Positions 1 through 6,875 of a DNA stretch of 64,000 nt are shown here, piece by piece (positions within the stretch are counted from its first letter, which is position 1; each line of letters begins with the position of its first letter). The stretch covers positions 62,001 to 126,000 of the IMG/VR virus record IMGVR_UViG_3300037010_001227, one strand, 5' to 3'. The notes under the pieces are model-generated. The model had not been told where the DNA came from and searched no databases. It saw only the letters and a program-made list of their open reading frames with translations. Position numbers and translations under genes: made by a program.

Positions 1-1
1 A

Positions 2-97
2 TGCGTCTAAATCATCACGTTCGTCTTCTATCATCTGTAAGTAAGCTAACTCATTATAATCAGTATCTTCTGCATCATAGTCATTATAGTTCTTCAT
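2..97 (-). CDS. acidic hypothetical protein, runs off the window (MKNYNDYDAEDTDYNELAYLQ...)
   Basis: Hand translation; GAGGA SD upstream of the ATG at 97. Confidence 0.6.
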   Translation of the reverse strand, partial: MKNYNDYDAEDTDYNELAYLQMIEDERDDLDA

Positions 98-147
98 TTA
101 TATTCCTCTATGTTATTGTATCGGACTATAAATATAAAAATATAAAT

Positions 148-176
148 AAAAAGAGCCCCTATGTTAATATAGGGCA
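148..176 (-). terminator. intrinsic terminator after tRNA-Thr
   Basis: GCCCT/AGGG(G)C hairpin followed by a U-rich run on the minus strand. Confidence 0.55.
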
Positions 177-183
177 TTTAATT

Positions 184-270
184 TGGCGCGTAGTGAGAGA
201 TTTGAACTCCCGGTAGACTTTCATCGACGGATTACAAAACCGTTCCAATTGACCACTATGGGAACTACGC
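184..270 (-). tRNA. tRNA with UGU (Thr) anticodon and long variable arm
   Basis: Acceptor GCGTAGT/ACTACGC, G73, encoded CCA; anticodon arm ACGGT-TTTGTAA-TCCGT; 15-nt V region with GAT-GAAA-GTC hairpin; T-arm GGGAG-TTCAAAT-CTCTC. Confidence 0.85.
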
Positions 271-320
271 AAGTAAAAATCGCTCCCTGCCTTTGTCAGG
301 GTTTGCGCTCATGTTTGCGC

Positions 321-623
321 TCATGTTTGGTCATTATCTTGTTTATCAAGATTGATACCAAAACGAGCTGCTATCAATTTAATTACATCTTTCAACATTG
401 TAATACTATAACCACCAAGTACTAAATAAAATAAATAATCATTTACTTGACTAATATAGGTTAAAGTGTCAAAAATCTTCCATGGATTTACTGCAATACA
501 CCAATTTAATGTAATAAATGCTATAAACGCGGCGGTACTTATTACTCTTCCATAAGATGCATCAGTATTAGTACTATATACTTTTTTCCACCAATGTAAC
601 ATAAAATACCTAAACCTTACCAA
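321..623 (-). CDS. small two-TM membrane protein (holin-like size and topology)
   Basis: Two hydrophobic segments and a charged C-terminus; start may be the ATG at 602. Confidence 0.55.
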   Translation of the reverse strand: MVRFRYFMLHWWKKVYSTNTDASYGRVISTAAFIAFITLNWCIAVNPWKIFDTLTYISQVNDYLFYLVLGGYSITMLKDVIKLIAARFGINLDKQDNDQT

Positions 624-721
624 AACTTATTTAGAACTCTTCGATATCGGTATATCTTCATGGAAAAGCTATAGGTGTTTCTTTAAAGATTTTTGGAATC
701 TTTTAAAGAAGACCCCACACC

Positions 722-1798
722 CTAATGAGAACTGAATTGTCTAACCCAAACTTTAATAGATTTTTTCACATAAAAACGTAGTTTAATCAAATTTAATAAC
801 TGAATAATTCTAAAGTTACGTAAAAACCAAACCCTGTTCATTACTTTAACAATATCTTTTGTAGACGTTGGATCAGCTTTTGCAAAATTACTTACCCAAG
901 AAACTTCTGGGGACACAACAATTGGTAATTCTGACATTACCATGTCCGCTGATACAATATTAAAAGTTTCAGTAAAAGATACTTGCATACCCATATCCAT
1001 ATCTTTTATAAATTCTAAAAAATCATCATGAGATAACCATTCATGTGTTACTAAATGATGACGATAGGAATTTTTAAATAATCCTCTAAGATTATTTAAA
1101 GCTGGTTCACTTTTATTTTCTATTCTGGTTCCATTAATATGGAAATAAAGAGTCAACTGGTTTTTATCTGCAAATTCTATAGCTGCTATAGCTTGTGTTA
1201 AGTGATTTTTCAAATGTCTAACAGCACCAAAACACATTATATGAATTTCATTCTCTCTATCTCTGAATCTTACATAAGGTTCATAAAATTCCATAGGATA
1301 ACAATTAGGCAGATATAAAACTTTTTTGTCTATTTTTGATTCATCCCAATAAGGGTGGGCAGATTTAACAATAGTTTTGATATCATGGTAACTGCGCTTT
1401 GAATTACCAGAAACAGAAACATTATCGTAACCTACGTATCGTGAAATCCAATCCATAGCCATACCTTCAGTTGCTAAGAAAGGCATTTCACTATGATTTC
1501 TAATAATCCACTGTACTTTAGGATGAAGTTTATGAAGAATCTCAAATTTTTCTGGGACTACCCAAAAGGCTTCTATAACTACATGAGTAGGTTTATACTC
1601 TGTCACTAGTCTATCAATACAATTATTATCAATAGCATGAACAACTTTTACAGAAAAACCTTTTTTTCTCAAAGCATCTGCAACAAAGTTAGCACTATTT
1701 ACTAACCCAGATGACAATCCAGTTCTACAACTATATGTAGAGTTACCATAAGAGTCTTCTCTAAATTTTAAAATAAATAAAATTTTTGCCATTTCCAT
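722..1798 (-). CDS. GT-B fold glycosyltransferase (GT4-like)
   Basis: C-terminal SFTETFNIVSADMV nucleotide-sugar motif, FGAVRHLKNH strand, two-domain 358-aa size. Confidence 0.75.
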   Translation of the reverse strand: MEMAKILFILKFREDSYGNSTYSCRTGLSSGLVNSANFVADALRKKGFSVKVVHAIDNNCIDRLVTEYKPTHVVIEAFWVVPEKFEILHKLHPKVQWIIRNHSEMPFLATEGMAMDWISRYVGYDNVSVSGNSKRSYHDIKTIVKSAHPYWDESKIDKKVLYLPNCYPMEFYEPYVRFRDRENEIHIMCFGAVRHLKNHLTQAIAAIEFADKNQLTLYFHINGTRIENKSEPALNNLRGLFKNSYRHHLVTHEWLSHDDFLEFIKDMDMGMQVSFTETFNIVSADMVMSELPIVVSPEVSWVSNFAKADPTSTKDIVKVMNRVWFLRNFRIIQLLNLIKLRFYVKKSIKVWVRQFSSH

Positions 1799-1817
1799 TT
1801 CAGCCTCATATTAATGC

Positions 1818-1894
1818 TGTAGCGGGTTAAGAAATTTGAATTCTTATCGTAAGTTTGGTAGACTTTCATGCTAACTGTTGAACATCACACTCGC
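1818..1894 (-). tRNA. degenerate tRNA-Gly(ACC), possibly a pseudogene
   Basis: AAGT-CTACCAA-ACTT anticodon arm, T-arm AAGAA-TTCAAAT-TTCTT, U73; two acceptor mismatches and ACA instead of CCA. Confidence 0.6.
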
Positions 1895-1900
1895 ATAAAC

Positions 1901-2125
1901 TTAAACTTCCTTTAAAAACTCTCTTACTTCATCAGCATAACTTCTAACAATTTTTTGAATGATTAATGTTTGACCTTCATGAGAACAGCTATTAAAGAAA
2001 TGTTTAAACTCTTCTAATTCCTGATCCATACTTTTGGGAACTGCATAAATAGTTTTACCAAATTTATCAGTTGTTTTTACTGTGTCAATATAATCATTAG
2101 GATGGGTATAATCTTCAGTAGTCAT
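1901..2125 (-). CDS. hypothetical protein (MTTEDYTHP...)
   Basis: ORF track; start moved to 2125 because the 5' extension overlaps tRNA-Ser. Confidence 0.6.
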   Translation of the reverse strand: MTTEDYTHPNDYIDTVKTTDKFGKTIYAVPKSMDQELEEFKHFFNSCSHEGQTLIIQKIVRSYADEVREFLKEV

Positions 2126-2146
2126 AAAAGTCTCTAAAACTAATTC

Positions 2147-2236
2147 AGGCGGAAAACAAGAGGATCGAACTCTCATGCCCTTTCAGGTATCTTGTTTAGT
2201 AAACAAGTGCAACAAACCAGTATTTGCCTGTTTTCC
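2147..2236 (-). tRNA. tRNA-Ser(ACT), class II
   Basis: GGAAAAC/GTTTTCC acceptor, G73, CTTGT-TTACTAA-ACAAG anticodon arm, long V-arm, TTCGATC loop; ends CCT. Confidence 0.85.
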
Positions 2237-2241
2237 ATAAA

Positions 2242-2422
2242 TGACGGGCCGTTTAATCCCGTCTCTCCTTGTCGGTCATGACTCCGACTCATCTTGTAAT
2301 TTCAAGAATGCTTAATCTATGTAAGAACGTATAACACAAATCAATTATCTAGTTAGCTAGCATTTTCAATAATTGAAAACGAACTTGATTACAGCGGTTC
2401 AAACAGGAAGATCGAGGAAACC
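2242..2422 (-). ncRNA. candidate structured ncRNA, rod-like, about 180 nt
   Basis: Nested long-range complementarity (2384-2393 with 2295-2306; 2359-2364 with 2307-2312; partial end-to-end pairing) plus local hairpins; no ORF. Confidence 0.35.
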
Positions 2423-2432
2423 TATAATTTAA

Positions 2433-3029
2433 TTATAGTAGTTTCAGCCCTTTTATACGAAAAATGTCACCAAAGTTGTTCATCAGAGCTAAAGCAGTTA
2501 CTCGGTTATCTAAATCAGGTTCACTCCATTCTGTATAAAAATCAAACCTACAACTATCATAGCGTTGAAGAATCTGTTTAAGACTCTGAGAACCTTCCGG
2601 TGTTAATAATATAATCGTACCATTAGTCCAAGGCGCTAATGGATGCTCTTTCTGAAATTGAGCAACAGCATGAGCTGACTGAACTGCTTTCTGTGACTCA
2701 GATAAAGTCTCATCACAAATAATATAAAGCTTCTTTGCACCTGGATTGTTAAAATACTCTTTCCAAGTATCAATACGCTCACGTAATTTATCACTCAAAT
2801 CACGTAATCTATGTTCATATGCCTTACTGGCATTTTTTGATATAACTTCAATTGGACCTTTGTGAGTCCTATACTTGCTACGTAATTCTGACATAGCTAT
2901 ATGAAGTGCTCTATACTGAACCGTATTAGTTCCAGCGTAGGTTTTAAGTAACAGTTTAGCCTTTTTCCAAGCTTCTTTTTGTTCAGCAGTGAAATTAGGA
3001 CGAGTTTTAATAGTAGTTTCGATAGCCAT
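2433..3029 (-). CDS. PTH2-like peptidyl-tRNA hydrolase domain protein with N-terminal extension
   Basis: C-terminal QKAVQSAHAVAQF...WSEPDLDNRVTALAL pattern of phage PTH2-like proteins; SD AAGGAG before the ATG at 3029. Confidence 0.7.
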   Translation of the reverse strand: MAIETTIKTRPNFTAEQKEAWKKAKLLLKTYAGTNTVQYRALHIAMSELRSKYRTHKGPIEVISKNASKAYEHRLRDLSDKLRERIDTWKEYFNNPGAKKLYIICDETLSESQKAVQSAHAVAQFQKEHPLAPWTNGTIILLTPEGSQSLKQILQRYDSCRFDFYTEWSEPDLDNRVTALALMNNFGDIFRIKGLKLL

Positions 3030-3036
3030 TTGATGG

Positions 3037-3143
3037 TCTCCTTGAAAAATTGGCACTTTATAAAGGTGTAACTCTTCACAAGATCAAGGCGATCTACTTA
3101 CAACCTAAAGATGATTAAAGCTCATAAACATGATGTTACTCCT
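3037..3143 (-). promoter_or_regulatory. leader peptide MFMSFNHL* (3105-3131) with putative translational attenuator of the PTH2-like gene
   Basis: SD AGGAGT 6 nt before the uORF ATG; AGATC/GATCT hairpin competes with anti-SD TCGCCTTGA pairing to TCAAGGAGA (8 of 9 bp). Confidence 0.5.
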
Positions 3144-3155
3144 AATATATAATTC

Positions 3156-3229
3156 TGGTGTTTCTGACAGGAATTGAACCCGTATAAACTATTTTAGAGA
3201 TAGCTGCTCTACCGTTGAGCTACAGAAAC
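3156..3229 (-). tRNA. amber suppressor tRNA (CTA anticodon)
   Basis: GTTTCTG/CAGAAAC acceptor, A73, CCA; GCTAT-CTCTAAA-ATAGT anticodon arm; canonical D- and T-arms. Confidence 0.9.
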
Positions 3230-3319
3230 ATTTTATAGATGATAAAACCAGGGAGGTTAGCCTCGCCAATACCTGCGGTTTTATATTCCGCTATTCTATA
3301 TAGAAAGAGCTATATTAAT

Positions 3320-3410
3320 TGGCGGCAGGTGTCCGATTCGAACGGACGAAACGCTTTCACGTTTGGATGTTTTCAAGACATCTGGGTTGTAACCACTTCC
3401 CTAACCTGCC
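3320..3410 (-). tRNA. tRNA-Ser(TGA)
   Basis: GATGT-CTTGAAA-ACATC, long V-arm, G73, CCA. Confidence 0.95.
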
Positions 3411-3510
3411 TATAGTTCTTCTTTACCGTAATGTTGTAACACATGACAATTAGAACAAATCAATTGTAAGTTATCCAAATCATTTGTGCCAATGTTACAG
3501 GTTTCTACTA
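3411..3510 (-). pseudogene. C-terminal fragment of an HNH endonuclease
   Basis: Translates as GTNDLDNLQLICSNCHVLQHYGK; no intact 5' part. Confidence 0.6.
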
Positions 3511-3541
3511 TATAATAAACAACTAAGTTTTTAGTTGATTA

Positions 3542-3784
3542 TCATACTTCCTCAACTCTAAATTGATTTTTAGCTGGAACCCAACCACCGCGTTTATGCC
3601 TATATTCAATAAAATTATCAATCCAATCATGTGCCTCTAAAGAGGTTTCAAATTCCCAGTACTCCATAGTTGGAGGAATTGGATCAAATATTGGCATTCC
3701 CAACAAATCATATTGCCAACCTAAGACTTTAGGTAGATAACATTCGCCAAATGGTTGTCCTAAGTTAGTCCAAATTCTATACAT
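3542..3784 (-). CDS. hypothetical protein
   Basis: ORF track, co-oriented with the tRNA array. Confidence 0.65.
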   Translation of the reverse strand: MYRIWTNLGQPFGECYLPKVLGWQYDLLGMPIFDPIPPTMEYWEFETSLEAHDWIDNFIEYRHKRGGWVPAKNQFRVEEV

Positions 3785-3797
3785 ATAATCCTCAAAA

Positions 3798-3871
3798 TGG
3801 TTGGGAAGCTAGGAGTTGAACCTAGGCTAAGACTTTCAAAGAGTCCGGTGCTACCGTAACACTTCTTCCCA
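3798..3871 (-). tRNA. tRNA-Gln(TTG)
   Basis: T1-A72 acceptor TGGGAAG/CTTCCCA, GGACT-CTTTGAA-AGTCT, CCA. Confidence 0.9.
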
Positions 3872-3877
3872 ATAATA

Positions 3878-4171
3878 TTAATCTACTTGCTCATAAGTAG
3901 CTGTAAAGATATCTGGTTTACAAGGATAAATCTCACCAAAAGCACCTTTAATAATCCAATCATTCCAAGAAACCAAAAGATTACCTTCCAGCGTTCCAAT
4001 AGAAAGAGTTCCATCCCTAGTCCCAGCTTCTGTAGGAAATAAGGAACCTTCTGTTCCTCGTTCTAATTGCCAAGCTTGATTTAACCAAGAAGGCCAATCC
4101 GTATTACTTGCTCTACGTTCTTTAGTCATTTGAAATGCTTCAATGACCACTGGTTTCTTTCGAAATTTCAT
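3878..4171 (-). CDS. conserved phage protein (KFRKKPVVIEA...WIIKG..GE.YPCKPDIF family)
   Basis: Recognisable widespread phage family motif; SD GAGGA. Confidence 0.8.
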   Translation of the reverse strand: MKFRKKPVVIEAFQMTKERRASNTDWPSWLNQAWQLERGTEGSLFPTEAGTRDGTLSIGTLEGNLLVSWNDWIIKGAFGEIYPCKPDIFTATYEQVD

Positions 4172-4208
4172 ATCGTCCTCTACATTATATCGGACTGAAT
4201 AAAAATTT

Positions 4209-4721
4209 CTAAACCTCTTTCAACATCTGTGGGCCTTTTACGATTCCACGATCTTGGAAGAATGAAATATACTTTTTAGTTTCTTCTGGGGCATTTTTAA
4301 GACCTTTTCTGATAACATTTCCACGACCCCAATTATATGCTGCCAAAGCTTCAGAATAGTTTCCAAATGTATCAAGTAAAGATTTTAATGTTTTAGCTGC
4401 CCACTCTGCTGCTTCTAGTGGATTAAATGGATCTCCATTAAATCCACTAATATGTGCTGGCATAATCTGAAATAAACCCTTCGCCCCTCGCTGGGATTTA
4501 GCATGAGGATTTCCCTTTGACTCAATTTCAATCATATGCTTGAGAATACCTGGAGCTAATCCATATGCCTTCTCTAATGAATTCAATCCTAATTTAGCAT
4601 ACCAAACATCAGGTGATTCCTGCTGTTTGTGCGTAATTGCAGGAGGCATTGTTGTAGTTTGGTGAATCTGTTCTTGAATAATATATTGTGATTTAATAAA
4701 TTCTTCTAGTTTTAATGACAT
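4209..4721 (-). CDS. soluble lytic transglycosylase (SLT domain)
   Basis: IESKGNPHAKSQRGAKGLFQIMP and ALAAYNWG motifs. Confidence 0.9.
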   Translation of the reverse strand: MSLKLEEFIKSQYIIQEQIHQTTTMPPAITHKQQESPDVWYAKLGLNSLEKAYGLAPGILKHMIEIESKGNPHAKSQRGAKGLFQIMPAHISGFNGDPFNPLEAAEWAAKTLKSLLDTFGNYSEALAAYNWGRGNVIRKGLKNAPEETKKYISFFQDRGIVKGPQMLKEV

Positions 4722-4743
4722 ATAAATCTCTACTATTTAGTTC

Positions 4744-4830
4744 TGATGCGAGAATTGGGAGTGGAACCCACACATCACAAGGATATCACTTTCTAAGAAT
4801 GAAACGTCGAGCTAGGTCTGCCATTCTCGC
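4744..4830 (-). tRNA. tRNA-Leu(TAG) with aberrant T-loop
   Basis: GCGAGAA/TTCTCGC, A73, TCATT-CTTAGAA-AGTGA, V-arm; T-loop TTCCACT; no CCA. Confidence 0.75.
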
Positions 4831-4832
4831 AT

Positions 4833-4917
4833 GGGTGCTGATTACAGGAATCGAACCTGGTTACTTTCACGCCAGATTTACAGTCTGGTACCAAGTCCAG
4901 TAGAGAGCAGAATCAGC
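4833..4917 (-). tRNA. tRNA-Tyr(GTA)
   Basis: GCTGATT/AATCAGC, A73, CCAGA-CTGTAAA-TCTGG, V-arm, TTCGATT loop; weak D-stem. Confidence 0.85.
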
Positions 4918-4920
4918 AAA

Positions 4921-4948
4921 TAAAAAGGCCCTAAACTAATAGGGCCTA
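4921..4948 (-). terminator. intrinsic terminator immediately 5' of tRNA-Tyr
   Basis: AGGCCCT/AGGGCCT stem followed by a T run on the minus strand. Confidence 0.65.
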
Positions 4949-4968
4949 GTATAGGATATTTAGTTCGC

Positions 4969-5130
4969 TTAACTGATAGGAGTCTTGTCAATATAACCAG
5001 AAGTTTGTTGCCAAGAAATTTCCCGATTTAACTCTACTTGAGTAGGAGTCAGTGGAGTAAAAATATCAGCTGGAACTTCATATTGAAGTTTAAGGGGATC
5101 TTCTTTATCTAGTAGATAGGTTTGTGACAT
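4969..5130 (-). CDS. 53-aa hypothetical protein (MSQTYLLDKEDPLK...)
   Basis: Hand translation; SD GAGGT; below the ORF-track size cutoff. Confidence 0.6.
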   Translation of the reverse strand: MSQTYLLDKEDPLKLQYEVPADIFTPLTPTQVELNREISWQQTSGYIDKTPIS

Positions 5131-5202
5131 GGTTAGAATACCTCTATAATTTAGTTAAACTTAATTTACTTAATTATTCAAGTAAAATAAGATTTTATTT
5201 TT

Positions 5203-5280
5203 TGGTGGATCTTGTCGGTAACGATCCGACCTGTATTCTCCTTGCAAAAGAGACAACCACCCCGTGCAGTTCCAAGACCC
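5203..5280 (-). tRNA. tRNA-Ala(TGC)
   Basis: G3.U70 pair, TCTCT-TTTGCAA-GGAGA, A73, CCA; T-loop ATCGTTA. Confidence 0.9.
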
Positions 5281-5284
5281 AAAA

Positions 5285-5880
5285 TTATTTGTGTTTTATG
5301 TATCTACTACTGTCAGTAAGAAAATGTATCTCTTCATGACAGGTAGGCACAAAATTTGAAGATTTTCAATACTATTGTTTGTTCTGTCTTTATCTATACG
5401 ATAAACAATTAACAATTCCGGTAACTTATCATATCCGCAATTATTACAGTTATTTGTATTATTTCTTTTTCTATTTCTCTGTAACTATAATCTCCACTTT
5501 TAAAATCTATTCTAACTAATAAATTTCGTTCAGTTTGTTTAGCTAAATCACAACATTTATGAGAACAAAAATGTAGTCCAGATTTTTTAGAATCAAATAA
5601 TTTACTAATATAATAAGATTTTCCACATAATGAACAAACACAATTATGTGGCTTGTCTTATTTTGTAAACAGCTTATTATATAACAATATGTGCAAGATT
5701 TACAACAAAACTTAGCTCTCACTCTATTAAGTTATTTATTTTCAGCTTCAATATATCTTGCAATATAAACATTTTACAATAGTTTTTGATATATTGGCAG
5801 ATATCCTTTGTATTTATTTACAAAGAAGACAGACCATCCACTAAATAAAAGTTTACAGTCAAATACACAAACTTCTACAA
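5285..5880 (-). pseudogene. decayed HNH endonuclease with N-terminal Cys-rich repeats
   Basis: Fragments CSLCGKSY..FCSHKC, CNNCGYDK..LIVYRIDKDRTNNSIENLQILC(fs)PTCHEEIH, broken by stops and frameshifts. Confidence 0.75.
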
Positions 5881-5907
5881 AAGTCTACCAAGATTAACCT
5901 GGTTAAT

Positions 5908-5982
5908 TGGTCGGAGTAGGAGAGATCGAATCTCCGGCTTCCTGTATCCAAAACAGGCTGTCTACCACTGACTTACACTCCG
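5908..5982 (-). tRNA. tRNA-Pro(TGG)
   Basis: C1-G72, CCTGT-TTTGGAT-ACAGG, A73, CCA. Confidence 0.95.
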
Positions 5983-6043
5983 TATTTTAACATATTATCA
6001 CATATGTTGGGGAAGAACCTAACGCTTCAAATGTGAAGGTTAC

Positions 6044-6119
6044 AGGTTGCCCAAAGTAGGATTGAACTACTAACCTCACGATTATCGGTCGTGCGCTCTA
6101 CCAGTTGAGCTATTAGGCA
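6044..6119 (-). tRNA. tRNA-Ile(GAT) with C33
   Basis: CACGA-CCGATAA-TCGTG; TGCCTAA/TTGGGCA acceptor. Confidence 0.85.
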
Positions 6120-6122
6120 ATA

Positions 6123-6197
6123 TGGTGGGCTAGATTAGTATCGTCTAACCTCTCGGGATTTTCAGTCCACGCGCTAATACATCTCAGCTACTAACCC
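6123..6197 (-). tRNA. tRNA-Phe(GAA) with degenerate T-loop
   Basis: GGGTTAG/CTAGCCC, A73, CCA, CTGAAAA loop; weak anticodon stem; T-loop ACGATA. Confidence 0.75.
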
Positions 6198-6227
6198 ATA
6201 AAATAAACCATTATTTGATTTTCAAAC

Positions 6228-6406
6228 AACAAAAAACCCGCTTTTTTTTGGCGGGTTCTTGTGAAAGGAGCAAAGATGAAGCTTTATGAACAAGAACCCG
6301 CTCTAGTATGAATGGAGAAAATTGCTGGGCTAAATTGGGCATAAAAACTACGACCAACGTTGTCGTTAGTTGCAAGTAGTGATGTCTGTCCAACTTGAAA
6401 GTTCAT
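6228..6406 (-). promoter_or_regulatory. leader-peptide transcription attenuator upstream of tRNA-Phe/Ile/Pro
   Basis: 40-aa uORF 6284-6406; 12-bp antiterminator (6290-6301 with 6251-6262) mutually exclusive with terminator (6251-6257 with 6235-6241 plus U run). Confidence 0.65.
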
Positions 6407-6465
6407 ACAATTAATTCCTATTTGTATACTGGTGGATAGGAAGAAAACTTAAGATATTTATTTTT

Positions 6466-6540
6466 TGGTGCGCCCGGAGGATCTCGAAACCTCAACCCTT
6501 TCGTTAAAAGCGAAATGCTCTTCCTTTGAGCTACGGGCAC
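6466..6540 (-). tRNA. tRNA-Lys(TTT)
   Basis: TTTCG-CTTTTAA-CGAAA, A73, CCA; T53/T61 mismatch at the T-stem closing pair. Confidence 0.85.
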
Positions 6541-6544
6541 AGAA

Positions 6545-6770
6545 TAATGACAGAGATAACCTTGAAGTATTATGTCCAAACTGCCATTCATTAATAGATA
6601 CTTGAAGAGGTAAAACCAAGGAAATTCAAAACAAGGAAAATACCATACCATACCAGATGATACTTTAATTGAGGCACTAAAAGCAACTGAAACAGTAGGA
6701 CAAGTAGGTATTGTAGTAAGATTATCTCCCAAAGGTAATAACTATGTTAGAGCAAAGAGATACATGTAAA
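6545..6770 (+). pseudogene. HNH endonuclease fragments, antisense to the tRNA array
   Basis: DNLEVLCPNCHSLIDT*RGK, then (frameshifted) TLIEALKATETVGQVGIVVRLSPKGNNY. Confidence 0.6.
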
Positions 6771-6781
6771 CGTTACTAATT

Positions 6782-6864
6782 TGGCTGAGGATATTGGAAT
6801 CGAACCAATCAGGTCAAAGACGAAAGCTTAACAGGCTTTTGTACCACCACTGTACTAATCCTCA
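6782..6864 (-). tRNA. tRNA-Asn(GTT) with extended variable arm
   Basis: TGAGGAT/ATCCTCA, G73, CCA; AAAGC-CTGTTAA-GCTTT; 13-nt V region with GTC-TTT-GAC hairpin. Confidence 0.9.
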
Positions 6865-6875
6865 AAACATTAACA

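Noticed and set aside
296-335. 12-bp tandem repeat atgtttgcgctc
   Set aside because: Only about 2.5 copies; probably a local slippage duplication.
4921-5130. A fourth attenuator (53-aa ORF plus terminator before tRNA-Tyr)
   Set aside because: The terminator is real, but I found only a weak, bulged alternative pairing, which is not enough to call a switch.
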